Below the pieces are notes generated by a model that saw nothing but the letters and a program-made list of their open reading frames with translations, ran no database searches and had not been told where the DNA came from. From Octopus sinensis (taxonomy: Eukaryota), in contig NC_043010.1 of the NCBI RefSeq assembly GCF_006345805.1, positions 29,140,001-29,204,000 on the forward strand: 64,000 nt of DNA, written 5' to 3'. The translations under genes and the position numbers were made by a program. Position 1 is the first letter of the stretch; every line of letters starts with the position of its first letter. Of this stretch, positions 41,170 to 52,557 are shown one piece after another.

Positions 41170-41897
41170 TCCCCCAAAATCATGGTTAAATATGGTATTG
41201 AAAATAGAACTGAACCATATGTCCCGATGCATCCAAGAATACCGATTAAAGACCATAAGGATAATTTTTACTCAAACCCCCAAGTAAGATTAATATGCCC
41301 TAGAAAGTCAGATATAGGTAGACTAAGTAAATTAATATTAGATAAATATATAGTTAAATTAAATAGGTTAGGTAATCTTAAACTCTGGAATTGTACCCGA
41401 GATACTATAAAATGGTTTAACAATATTAAAGATAAAAATAGATGTAAATTCCTTCAGATTGATATGGAGAATTATTATTCATCTATAAATGAAGTGGTTT
41501 TAAATAAGACCCTGTCATATGCCATAAGAAATGTAAATATGTAATTTGAAGAAGTAAAAGTAGTGTTGGCAGCGAGGAAGTCCATTATAAAATATAAAGA
41601 TAAACTACGGGCAAGAAAAGACACTAGAGATTGTTTTGTTATAGCCATGGGTGTACCGGATTCAACCGAGGTTACCGATCTTGTAGGTTCATGTCTCTTA
41701 TCTGAACTAGAAATAGAATCCACGAATATAGAGGATGGTCTTTATAGAGACGACCTACTACTTATAACTAGGAATTGTACTAATATATCATTAGAATGCC
41801 TTAAGAAGAAAATGTACAAGTTCTTTAAGAATAATGGCCAAGGAATATCTATAGAAAATTAGCAGTATGCAGCAAATTATCTAGACGTCAACCTTAA
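41170..41897 (+). mobile_element. Penelope-like RT fragment
   Basis: PRIPIKDHK...VRLICPRKSDIGRLSK, KFLQIDMENYYSSI, IAMGVPDSTEVTDLVG and GLYRDDLL. Confidence 0.85.
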
Positions 41898-42188
41898 GAA
41901 TTTTATATCAGAGATGTGTCCTGCTTCTTTTAATGATTTATTATAACATAGGGCATGTTTATTAAAAGTGTCATAATCTGAGGATAGCATAGACATTCTT
42001 CTACCTATATCATTTATTAAGATTTCTTTAACTAATGGTTACTTGAAGAACTAATATACTTTAGGTTTTCATTCAACTTATGGAATGGATGGATCTTATA
42101 AGTGACTAGATTAAGGTTGACGTCTAGATAATTTACTGCATAATGCTCGTTCTCTATAGATATTCCTAGGCCATTATTCTTAAAGAAC
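41896..42188 (-). mobile_element. Inverted Penelope-like RT fragment (tail-to-tail with 41170-41897)
   Basis: FFKNNGLGISIENEHYAVNYLDVNLNL overlaps and extends the + copy. Confidence 0.8.
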
Positions 42189-42257
42189 ATATATATACAC
42201 ATATATATGAATATATACATATATATATACATATATATACATATAACATATACATAT

Positions 42258-42340
<83 letters not shown>

Positions 42341-42578
42341 ATAATATATATATATAATTAATAAAAATTTTAGGGTAGCAAACAATTCTAGAAAAATTCT
42401 CCGCTACTAGCGGTTAAGTGAGAAAGAAAAAATAGTCAATAGACTATATAATATACATTCAAACATATAAGGGACGGCCATAATAGGACATCCGACTCAC
42501 TAGAAAGAGCAGCCAAACTCAAAACCACTAATAGTTGTAATTCTGAAATGGAAAGAGAAATAAAAACGTTTACTCTCT

Positions 42579-42672
42579 CCTTGCTGGACTATGCATAGTT
42601 TCGGCAATCTTTTGTAAATAAATTAATTTAATTAATTTATTTACCACTGGCGTTGCCTCGTCAGCAGAAAAG
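42579..42672 (-). ncRNA. Type I hammerhead ribozyme, inverted copy with one stem I mismatch
   Basis: Reverse complement of 43415-43508, except that the stem I 3' arm reads CAGCAAGG. Confidence 0.82.
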
Positions 42673-43414
42673 CCAAGGACTAACATATATCCACGAGGCG
42701 ATGATAAACATGCCTCGAGTCTATATGCTATAAATTTTCAAAATCCACCACGCTTGCGCGGTTTACTCAGCAGTAAATATAAACTGCCGATTTAATTTCA
42801 AAATTAGCCAAAAAATCATTAATTAATAAATTTTAGGGTAGCAAACAATTCTAGAAAAATTCTCCGCTACCAGCGGTCAAGTGAGAAAGAAATAAATAGT
42901 CAATAGACTATATAATATATATTCAAACATATAAGGGACGGCCATAATAGGACATTCGACTCACTAGAAAGAGCAGCCAAACTAAATTAATTAAATCAAT
43001 TAAAATAAATAAATAAAATTAATTTATTTACAAAAGATTGCCGAAAGGAGAGGGTAAACGTTTTTATTTCTCTTTCCAATTCAGAATTACAACTATTGGT
43101 TTTGAGTTTGGCTGCTCTTTCTAGTGAGTCGGATGTCCTATTATGGCCGTCCCTTATATGTTTGAATGTATATTATATAGTCTATTGACTATTTATTCTT
43201 TCTCACTTGACCGCTGGTTGCGGAGAATTTTTCTAGAATTGTTTGCTACCCTAAAATTTATTAATTAATGATTTTTTGGCTAATTTTGAAATTAAATCGG
43301 CAGTTTATATTTACTGCTGAGTAAACCGCGCGAGCGTGGTGGATTTTGAAAATTTATAGCATATAGACTCGAGGCATGTTTATCATCGCCTCGTGGATAT
43401 ATGTTAGTCCTTGG

Positions 43415-43508
43415 CTTTTCTGCTGACGAGGCAACGCCAGTGGTAAATAAATTAATTAAATTAATTTATTTACAAAAGATTGCCGAAACTATGCATAGTC
43501 CAGAAAGG
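43415..43508 (+). ncRNA. Type I hammerhead ribozyme, intact
   Basis: Stem I CUUUUCUG/CAGAAAGG; core CUGACGA 43423-43429; stem II GGCAA/UUGCC; GAAA 43485-43488; palindromic stem III CUAUGCAUAG; GUC cleavage triplet ending at 43500. Confidence 0.9.
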
Positions 43509-43797
43509 AGAGGGTAAACGTTTTTATTTCTCTTTCCATTTCAGAATTACAACTATTAGTGGTTTTGAGTTTGGCTGCTCTTTCTAGTGAGTCGGATGTC
43601 CTATTATGGCCGTCACTTATATGTTTGAATTATATATATATACATATATCTTTATGTATATATATATAGACGTGTATATATATATATATACATATATGTA
43701 CAAATATATATATGTATATAAACATATGTATATCTAAACATATATACATATATAGATATTCACATATATATACATATATATATGCATATATATGTAT

Positions 43798-43898
<101 letters not shown>

Positions 43899-44488
43899 AG
43901 TGTGTGTGTGTGTGTGTGTGTGTATCTGATATATATATGTAACCGTCTCCGATGAAGTGTTATATAAAATATCCCGGAAACAGCTGTAAAACCTTCTCTT
44001 TATAAATGTTCTGAAATCTTTCACTGCCTTGGATTTTTATCTCATTCTGTAAATTTTATATATATATATATTTATTTATTTATTTATAAAAGACACCCGG
44101 GTTGATATGTATAAGGAAAATAAGATAAGGTAGAAAACACTAATTCAACTCAGAGTAAAATTAGAAAAACGATTTAAATTGGAGAAAAGATTTTAACGAA
44201 ATGTTTTTTAGATATTTTCATAATCTTTGTGTAGGTAAATATTTCCATAGTTTTCAGACAGTCTGTCTGTCTTTCTTTCTATTCCTTTGTTAATGCCTGG
44301 TAGGTAGGTAGGTAGGTAAGTGGGTAAAAGGGAACTGCGATGGGCACGCGAATGGCCACCTCCTTTGTTGCCGGTTTGAGTTTCGTTGTCCTTGCGCCAA
44401 CGGTCTAAAAGGAGTTAACGAACATAAAAATGTAACGGACAGAGAACCATCACTCAAATTTATATTATTATTATTATTATTATTATTA

Positions 44489-44535
<47 letters not shown>

Positions 44536-44560
44536 GTTATTATTATTGTTATTATTATTA

Positions 44561-44595
<35 letters not shown>

Positions 44596-44600
44596 TATTA

Positions 44601-45978
44601 TATGTTTCTCTTTTGCTTTATATTTGTACAAGTTGGCTCCAAGTCTCACCCAGAGACCTCAAGAGACAACAGGTTGGAAGTTCACGTTGTTGTTGTGCCT
44701 AGTGTGCCATATATTTGGGGGTTTTTTTGGTGTTGTACTACTGAATGTCTAAAAAAATGTTTGTTTTAAACCTTGAGATTACATAGAAAGTATTTTGCGT
44801 AGGATATGAGCAGTTCCCATGAGCACTATCTTTTGAATTTCTGCCATTTTGGGGTTTCCTGGTATCTGAGTTAAGTAGCAATCAGCCCCTTTTGCTATCA
44901 TTCCCAGGGCACCTATGACTACAGGTATTGTTTTAGTCTTCAGGTTCCACATTTTGCTGATTTCTATTTCAGGATCTTTATATTTGCTCAGTTTTTGGTA
45001 GGTCTTGACAGATACGTTTATATCGATTGGGACAGTCATATCAATGAGGAGGCATGTTCTTTGTCTGAAGTCTTTCAATATGATGTCTGGCCTATTTGCA
45101 TCTATCTTTCTGTCAGTTTGAATGGTGAAGTTCCAGAGGAGTGAGATGTGGTCATTTTCAAGCACTGGGGGTGGTTTGTGTTCCCATCAGTTTTTGTCAT
45201 GGGGCAAATCCAGGTTTTTGCAAATTACCCACTAAATATATTGTACAGCTCTATCATGCCTGTTGAGATACTCTGTAGGCGCTAAAAGACTGCTCTTGGA
45301 GACAACATGATCAATGGTTTCATTTTGTTGTTGACATATGCGACATATTGGGCTTTAATATGTTGGCCTGGTAGTTTCTTGTTGGTAGGCATTGATTTTG
45401 AGCTGCTATGATAAACCCCTCTGTTTCAGATTTTAAGCCAGAGGCCATTAGCCATTGATGGGTCAGGGCTTTGTCAACATCTGCATTATTCACTCTCTTT
45501 GGGTATTTGCAATAGAGAAGTTTTTCTTGCCATTTATCATTCAGAATATCTAAAGCCGCAGCTTTAGCACGGGTTTTCATGCGCTTAGCTTTTTCTGTGC
45601 TTGTTTCTTGTACGTCTATCTCTAATTCCGAAATTTGTTGTATTCGGAATTCACTAAGATATTCCTTTGCCTGTTTTGTTACTGAGTATGATGCTTTCTT
45701 GTTTTCATGTTTTGAGACAAGTTTTAACATCCAGTCCTCAGAGTTTTTCAGGTAGGTGTCTAGGCCAATTGTAGCAATCTTCATTGTTATTGCCAGTTGC
45801 AAAAGACCACGGCCTCCCTCTTTTCTTGGCAGATAAAGTCGTTCTGTATCTGCCTTAGGGTGGTGCATTCTATGCATTGTCAACAGTTTTCGTATTTTTC
45901 TGTCAAGATTACATATTTCAGCAATCGACCAGTTAACGATATTCAGACTGTAAGTCACGACTGGTATGGCTAATACAT
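44601..45978 (-). mobile_element. R4/Dong-like LINE, 5'-truncated, inserted in (TAA)n
   Basis: RMHHPKADTERLYLPRKEGGRGL, SETEGFIIAAQ, RKIDANRPDII and KLSKYKD; (ATT)n on both flanks. Confidence 0.88.
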
Positions 45979-45983
45979 TATTA

Positions 45984-46060
<77 letters not shown>

Positions 46061-46088
46061 TATTATTATTATTATTTTTTATTTTTTT

Positions 46089-49000
46089 ATTCAGTAGTTT
46101 TATTTTTATAGCGTGCTTTCACTTCACTACCGTGCGCAGCTCTGTGTGCTTAGGTATGTGCTGTGATTTGTTGTGATGCTCTGATGGTTATTGTATTGAA
46201 AGTGTTCTGCGTAGGATGTGTGCAGTGCCTAGTAGTGCAATTTTCTGTATATTATATGTGTTTGTAAGTCCTGGTGTTTTTGTTATGTATTTGTCTGAAT
46301 ATTTTTTTATCATGCCTAATGCACCTACTATGATAGGAATTGTTTCTGTTTTTAGATTCCACATTCTGGTTACCTCTATTTCCAGGTCTTTGTATTTTGA
46401 AAGTTTCTCCATTTCTTTCAGAGACACGTTGTCATCTGCCGGTATTGATACATCAATTAGAAAGCATTTTTTTCTTCATGATCTCTGACAACTATATCAG
46501 GCCTGTTGGCCTTAATTTCTCTATCTGTGTGTATTGGCATATCCCAGAGTATGGTTGCTTTCTCGTTTTCTGTGACCTTTTCTGGTGTGTGCTTATACCA
46601 TCTTTTTTCTGTTGTTATTCCATAATGTTGGCATAGCTTCCAGTGTATGTAGGTTCCAACTCTGTCATGTCTGTGAATATATTCCTTCTTAGCCAAGACT
46701 GGGCAGCCAGAGATAATATGATTTATTGTTTCTTGTCCATCTCCACATATTCAGCAGTTACTTGTTATATTTCTTTTCATTACATGTTTTTGGTAATTTC
46801 TGGTGGGGAGGCTTTGGTCTTGTGCTGCAATTAAAAATCCCTCTGTCTCTGCTTTGAGTCCTGAGCTTCTCAACCATTGCTGGGATTTTTCTTTGTCTAT
46901 TTCTTTTGCGTTTAGTTTAGTCCTGTATTTACCATGAAGGGGCTTTTCTTGCCATCGTTTTATCATGGTTCGTTGTTGTTCTAGTTTTAGTTTGGATTTC
47001 ATTTGTTTTATAGCTTTTGTTGTTCTTTTCTTCTTCTTCTTCTTCTTCTCTTCTTCTTCTTCGTCTTCTTCTTCTTCTTCTTCTTCTTTCTTCTTCTTCT
47101 TCTTCTTCTTCTTCTTCTTCTTCTTCATATCTATTAGGTGGTATGATTTCTTGTTTGTATTTGTCAGCTTCCTTAAATACTGAGAACATTTTTTTGTTTT
47201 GCTCGTGTTTTGCCGCTGTTTGTATCAGTTTTCCTTCCTTCTGAAGTAGGTATTTTTGCAATCCTATGGTGGTTATTTTATAGTAGTTTTCCAGCTGTAT
47301 AAGGCCTCTACCACCTTCTATACGTTGTATATGTAGTCTTTCTATGTCAGATTTTGGGTGATGCATCCTAGATCCTGTCATTATTTTTCTTGTTTTCCTA
47401 TCTATTTTGGTCAGTTCATTTAGTGTCCAGTTAAGGATATTGTAGCTGTAACTTATAACTGGGACAGCTAAAGTGTTAATACCTATTATCTTGTTTTTAG
47501 CATTGAGCTCTGTTTTTAGTATTGATCTAACTCGTCTATAATATTCTTTTTTTATTTTCTCTTTCATTTGTGTGTGTTGTGTCTTATCTAGTTCATGGAT
47601 TCCTAAATATTTGTAAGTTTGGCTTTGGTCTAGTTCTTTTATTTCATTGGTTTTATCTAGTGTGATGTTGCTACTCTTAACTAGTTTTCCTCTTTCCAGG
47701 GTTACTTTGGCGCATTTTTCTAATCCAAATTTCATATCTATTTCTTTGGTAAATCCATGAACTGTCTTTAATAGTGTTTCCAGCTGTTTGTCATTTGCAG
47801 CGTATAGTTTTAGGTCATCCATATATAAAAGGTGGCTGATCGTTTTGCCGTAACATTTATATCCGCATCCAGTTCTATTTAGCAGGTGACAGTGCCAAGC
47901 AGAAAAGGAGTGGAGAGAGCGTGTCTCCATGGAATATTCCTCTTCTAATGGGGATGGCTTTGGTTTTCATGAGTCCCTCTTTTGTTTGGAGCTGTAGCAC
48001 TGTTTGCCATTTATTCATAGAGTGCTCTATGAATTTTATAATTGTTGGTGCTACTTTGTTAATGGCTAGTGTTTCGAGGATCCATGTGTGGGGAATGCTA
48101 TCAAACGCCTTTTTGTAGTCGATCCAGGCCATACTGAGGCCTTTCTTTTGTCTGTGGCTGTCTTCAGTTATGGCTTTATTAATCATTAGTTGATCTTTAC
48201 AGTCATATGAGCCTTTGCGGCATCCTTTCTGCTCTTCTGGAAACAGGTTGTTTTCGTCCAGGTGCTTGTTCAACCTTTGCGATATCACTGCAGTAAATGC
48301 CTTGTACATTGTAGGGAGACAGGTTATTGGTCTGTAGTTTTCTGGTTTTGCTGTCTCATTTGATTTGGGAATTAAGATGGTTTTCCCCTTCGTGAGCCAT
48401 TCAGGCATTGTCTCTGGCTCTGCTAGTATGTTGTTAAAGTTTTCAGCCAGCTTTTTGTGCATTCCTGTTAGATATTTCAACCAGAAGTTGGGGATCTTGT
48501 CATGCCCAGGTGCCTTCCAGTTGCTTAGTCTTTGCAGTGCCTGGGTGACCTCTTCAGTTGTTATGGGGGTCCAAAGTTGCTCAGATGCTGAGTTTGTTGT
48601 TTTAATACTCCTTTTTTTGGGGTTGTTTGTTCGCCGACCATATTTCTCTCCAGAATTCTTCCACTTCTGCCGTTCGTGCTGCAGTGATTTCTATTTTATT
48701 TTTGCCAAGTTCTTGGTAGAACTTTTTGGGGTTGGAGTTGAACTTTTTGTTTTGTTCAAAGAAGCGCTGGCGTTTCTCGTACCGGCGGATCCTTTGTGCT
48801 TTGGCAAGGATATCTTGTTCAGCTTTTCTTTTATCTCAGGTAAATCTTTTTCTGTGATGTTATATTTGCGGAGTATTTTTGTTTTCTTTTTGTTTCTCAG
48901 TAGCGTTGATTGTCTACTGATTTCATTAAGAATCGACAGATCTTTTCTCAGTTTTTGTATTTTGTTTTGGATGTTATTTATCCACAGGGTTTGTTTGGGT

Positions 49001-50235
49001 GGTGGTACTCCTGTTTGGATGGGTTTGAGTGAGTATCCAGCTTCTTTTGTGGCTGCAGTGGCTGCTGCGTATACTAAGTCATTTAGCTCAGTGATATCGC
49101 TTTTTGTTTCGGTGGCTATTAGTTCCGTGGCGGCTAGGTTTATGCTGTTTATAATTGGTGTTGTTGTTTCGTCTATTTTGATTTTTGGAAGGTATGGTCG
49201 GTGGTCCATTTTGAGCTCTGCGGTTTTCAGTTCTTTGATTATTTTACTTTTTATATTATAATCATTAGGCTCCCCTTCGTTGTTTCCAGGTTTTAGATTT
49301 GTATCGCTTTCTTTCTTATTTATGTTTGTTTGCCGTGTTTTGGCTTGCTGTTTGTCGTGTATTATTATGCATCCTTACGGTCTGGGTTTGTTGTTTTTTG
49401 TTTACATCGTGTTTGTTGGGAATGTTACGTTTGTCTTCGTGTTTTACTGTTTCAGTGTTTATATTATTGGGCATTGTTGTGTGGCTTCTATCTACATTTT
49501 CCTGGTGTATTTTTTCTTATTTCTGATAATTTTTTTGCGTTGAAAATGTATCTTCGTACGTTAGCTAGTTTATTAGGGTTCATTGCTGTATCTAAGTCTA
49601 TATTTATGTTATTTTCCTTCCATATTTTATATGTATGTGTTGTTGTGTTTTCATTTTTTGGGTAGAGCACTGCTGTGAAGTATGCGTGTAGGATAGAAAT
49701 GTATTCCTCACGTGTCCATTTATGTCTTTTGGGTTTTATTTGCGGGACATGAGGAACAACGTCCGGCCCATTATTTTGACGGTCGTCATTTTCGTAGGTT
49801 ACCGGTCCGTTCATTTCTGTTGTCACATTGTTTTGCACGTGTAGTTTTTCGTACATTTTGTGTTGTAAGTTCCCGATTGTTATTTCTTGGGTTGAATAAT
49901 ATCGGTGGTATTTAATTTCTTCGTAGTTTTTTTGTACATGGTGTTTGGGGTCGGGATGATTTAGTGTTGATGGATCGTAATGTTCCACGCATGTTTGCAT
50001 GTGTTGTGTTAGAGGTGAGATGATATCGAGTTAAAATACATCATTTCGTTTCGAAAATAGTAATAAATTTCAATGAGTATTACTTACTCGGATATAGTCC
50101 AATCCTTTGTTAGTAAATTTTTGGCACCATACGATGTCTTTGTTTTCGATGTTTATGGATAGATTTCGGAGCTCTGTTTTATCGTTCTTACATCTTAAAC
50201 GTCCCCCGGTGTTTTTCTTTCCCCCGCTGTTTTTC

Positions 50236-50238
<3 letters not shown>
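46089..50238 (-). mobile_element. R4/Dong-like LINE, near full length (~4.15 kb), single ORF broken by frameshifts, inserted in (TAA)n
   Basis: N-terminal RHKWTREEY; RT motifs YRPITCL, WIDYKKAFDSIPH, GIFHGDTLSPLLF and LLYMDDLKL; RLE motif IKANRPDIVV; (ATT)n on both flanks. Confidence 0.9.
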
Positions 50239-50299
<61 letters not shown>

Positions 50300-50318
50300 G
50301 TTATTATTATTATTATTA

Positions 50319-50376
<58 letters not shown>

Positions 50377-50432
50377 TACATCGACTAATCCCTCCCCCGA
50401 AATTGCTGGCGTTGTGCCAAAATTTGAAATTG

Positions 50433-50640
50433 AAGGTTGTGAGCTGGCAGAATCGTTAACACGCCGGAGAAAATGCTTAGCAGCATTTCGTCTGTCTTTA
50501 TGTTGTCAGTTCAAATTCCGTCGAGGTCGACTTTCATCCTTTCGTGGTCGATAAATTAAATTCTAGTGAAACCCTGGAGTCCATAAAATCGACTATCCCC
50601 CACCCCTAAATTTCAGGCCTTGTGCCTATAGTAGAAAGGA

Positions 50641-50645
<5 letters not shown>
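50433..50645 (+). mobile_element. Family 3 SINE with (ATT)n tail
   Basis: Homologous to 35337-35550. Confidence 0.75.
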
Positions 50646-50696
<51 letters not shown>

Positions 50697-51250
50697 GAGT
50701 GAGAGAGCAGTGCATGCCATCAAAGTGACACTGGGGTAAAATATACAAAACCCAGTATACCCATCATGACTACCCGTCTGATAAGGGTGCACTAGGCACA
50801 TGCATCACAACCATATGTGCGCAACATGATGATTTCATATCAAGATAAACAGCACATGACCTTGCAGGTGGGGCCCAGTTAGAATTTTCTTCAGGTCGAG
50901 TAGCCGATCCTGCTCCAAAGGTCCCTGAATAAGGGTTGTTTAAGGATGTTAAACGAAACACCTATGTTTCCAAAGGTGAATTATCCAAACCCCAAAGAAT
51001 CCCTCTCAACACATGGCTATGATGCTCTCCCACTACTTCTGCTCGTGATCAGAGATGCACATAACATCAGCCACTAAGGGACATGCTCAACTGGTTAAGG
51101 TCAACAACTGACAAGCAAATCTGTGGTATGAGCAGAATATTTGCTGTAGCCCATCTTTTATACAAGACAAAACAATGTACATGATAACACTTCCAATCAG
51201 TTAAGATCAGAAGCATGAGAGCCACTGCCTGGTACTGCATCAGGGCATTT
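50697..51250 (-). mobile_element. ~555-bp non-coding repeat inserted in (TAA)n, copy 1
   Basis: Close to identical with 51549-52107; (ATT)n on both sides. Strand inferred from the tail. Confidence 0.8.
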
Positions 51251-51263
51251 ATTATTATTATTA

Positions 51264-51306
<43 letters not shown>

Positions 51307-51308
<2 letters not shown>

Positions 51309-51525
51309 GGCGGCGAGCTCGCAAAATTGTTACCGTGCGGGAAAAAACGTTTAGCGGTATTTCGTCTATTGCTATGTTTTGAGTTGAAATTCCGCCGAGG
51401 TCGACTTTGCCTTTCATCCTTTCGAGATGATAAATTAAGTACCAGTGAAACACTGGGATTGATGTAATCGACTACCCCCCGCCCATACATCCAAATTTTA
51501 GGTCTTGTGCCTTTAGTAGAAAGAA
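51307..51525 (+). mobile_element. Family 3 SINE with (ATT)n tail
   Basis: Homologous to 35337-35550. Confidence 0.75.
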
Positions 51526-51548
51526 TTATTATTATTATTATTATTATT

Positions 51549-52103
51549 GAGTGAGAGAGCAGTTCATGCCATCAAAGTGACACTGGGGTGAAATATACGA
51601 AGCCCAATATACCCATCATGACTACCCGTCTGATAAGGGTACACCAGGCACATGCATCACAACCATATGTGCGCGACATGGTGATCTCATACCAAGATAA
51701 ACAGCACATGACCTTGCAGGTGGGACCCAGTTAGAATTTTCTTCAGGTTGAGTAGCCCATCCCGCTCAAAAGGTCCCTGAATAAGGGTTGTTTAAGGATG
51801 TTGAAAGAACCACCCATGTTTCCAGAGGTGAATTATTCAAACCCCAAAGAGTCCCTCTCAACACATGGCTATGATGCTCCCCCCACTACTTCTGCTCGTG
51901 ATCAGAGATGCACATATCGTCAGCCACTAAGGGACATGCTCAACTGGTTAAGGTCAAACAACTGACAAGCAAATCTGTGGTATTGAGCAGAATATTTTCT
52001 GTAGCCCATCTTTAATACCAAGACAAAACAATGTACATGATAACACTTCCAATCAGTTAAGATCAGAAGCCATGAGAGCCACTGCCTGGTACTGCATCAG
52101 GGC

Positions 52104-52107
<4 letters not shown>
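51549..52107 (-). mobile_element. ~555-bp non-coding repeat inserted in (TAA)n, copy 2
   Basis: Close to identical with 50697-51250. Confidence 0.8.
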
Positions 52108-52159
<52 letters not shown>

Positions 52160-52172
52160 TATTATTATTATC

Positions 52173-52405
52173 AAGGCAGCGATCTGGCAGAATCGTTAGC
52201 GCGCTGGACGAAATGCTTAGCGGTATTTCGTCCGTCGCTACGTTCTGAGTTCAAATTTCGCCCATGTCAACTTTGCATTTCATTCTTTCGAGATCGATAA
52301 AAAATGTACCAGTTGAGTACTAGAGTCAATGAACTCGACTTACCCCCTCCCCAAAAGTGCTAGCCTTGTGGCAAGGTTTGAAATCATTATTATTATTATT
52401 ATTAT
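52173..52405 (+). mobile_element. Family 3 SINE whose (ATT)n tail abuts the exon 2 acceptor
   Basis: Homologous to the other family 3 copies; tail is followed by atattttcag|exon. Confidence 0.75.
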
Positions 52406-52413
52406 ATTTTCAG

Positions 52414-52557
52414 GCGTACTTTCAAGTCTACTGATCGGTAAATTCGGATGCCGGAAAACTTTGTTCGTCGGTGCCAGTCTACAAGCGCTCGGTTTCATTG
52501 GGTCATATATTATAACCGACAACAAGCTATTACTATTAACTCTCAGTCTTATTACAG
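52414..52557 (+). CDS. SLC16/MCT-family transporter, coding exon 2 (TM3-TM4)
   Basis: Acceptor ttttcag at 52413; 144 nt, phase 1 at both ends. Translates GVLSSLLIGKFGCRKTLFVGASLQALGFIGSY...LTLSLITG (MFS loop 2-3 motif KFGCR). Donor gtaaac at 52558. Confidence 0.85.

Larger units (their letters stand above)
42360..43630. repeat. 463-bp hammerhead-containing tandem unit, present in both orientations (retrozyme / Penelope pLTR-like palindrome)
   Basis: tagggtagc recurs at 42371 and 42834 (period 463). Segment 42457-42983 is the reverse complement of 43105-43630. Flanked by (TA)n on both sides. Confidence 0.85.

Noticed and set aside
50000-50238. Possible HDV-like ribozyme at the 5' end of the near full-length R4/Dong element
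   Set aside because: Expected from related clades, but no nested double pseudoknot could be built by eye.
50433-52405. Regularly spaced repeats resembling a CRISPR or satellite array
   Set aside because: The units are SINEs and a 555-bp interspersed repeat separated by microsatellites, in a eukaryotic context; there are no short identical repeats with unique spacers.
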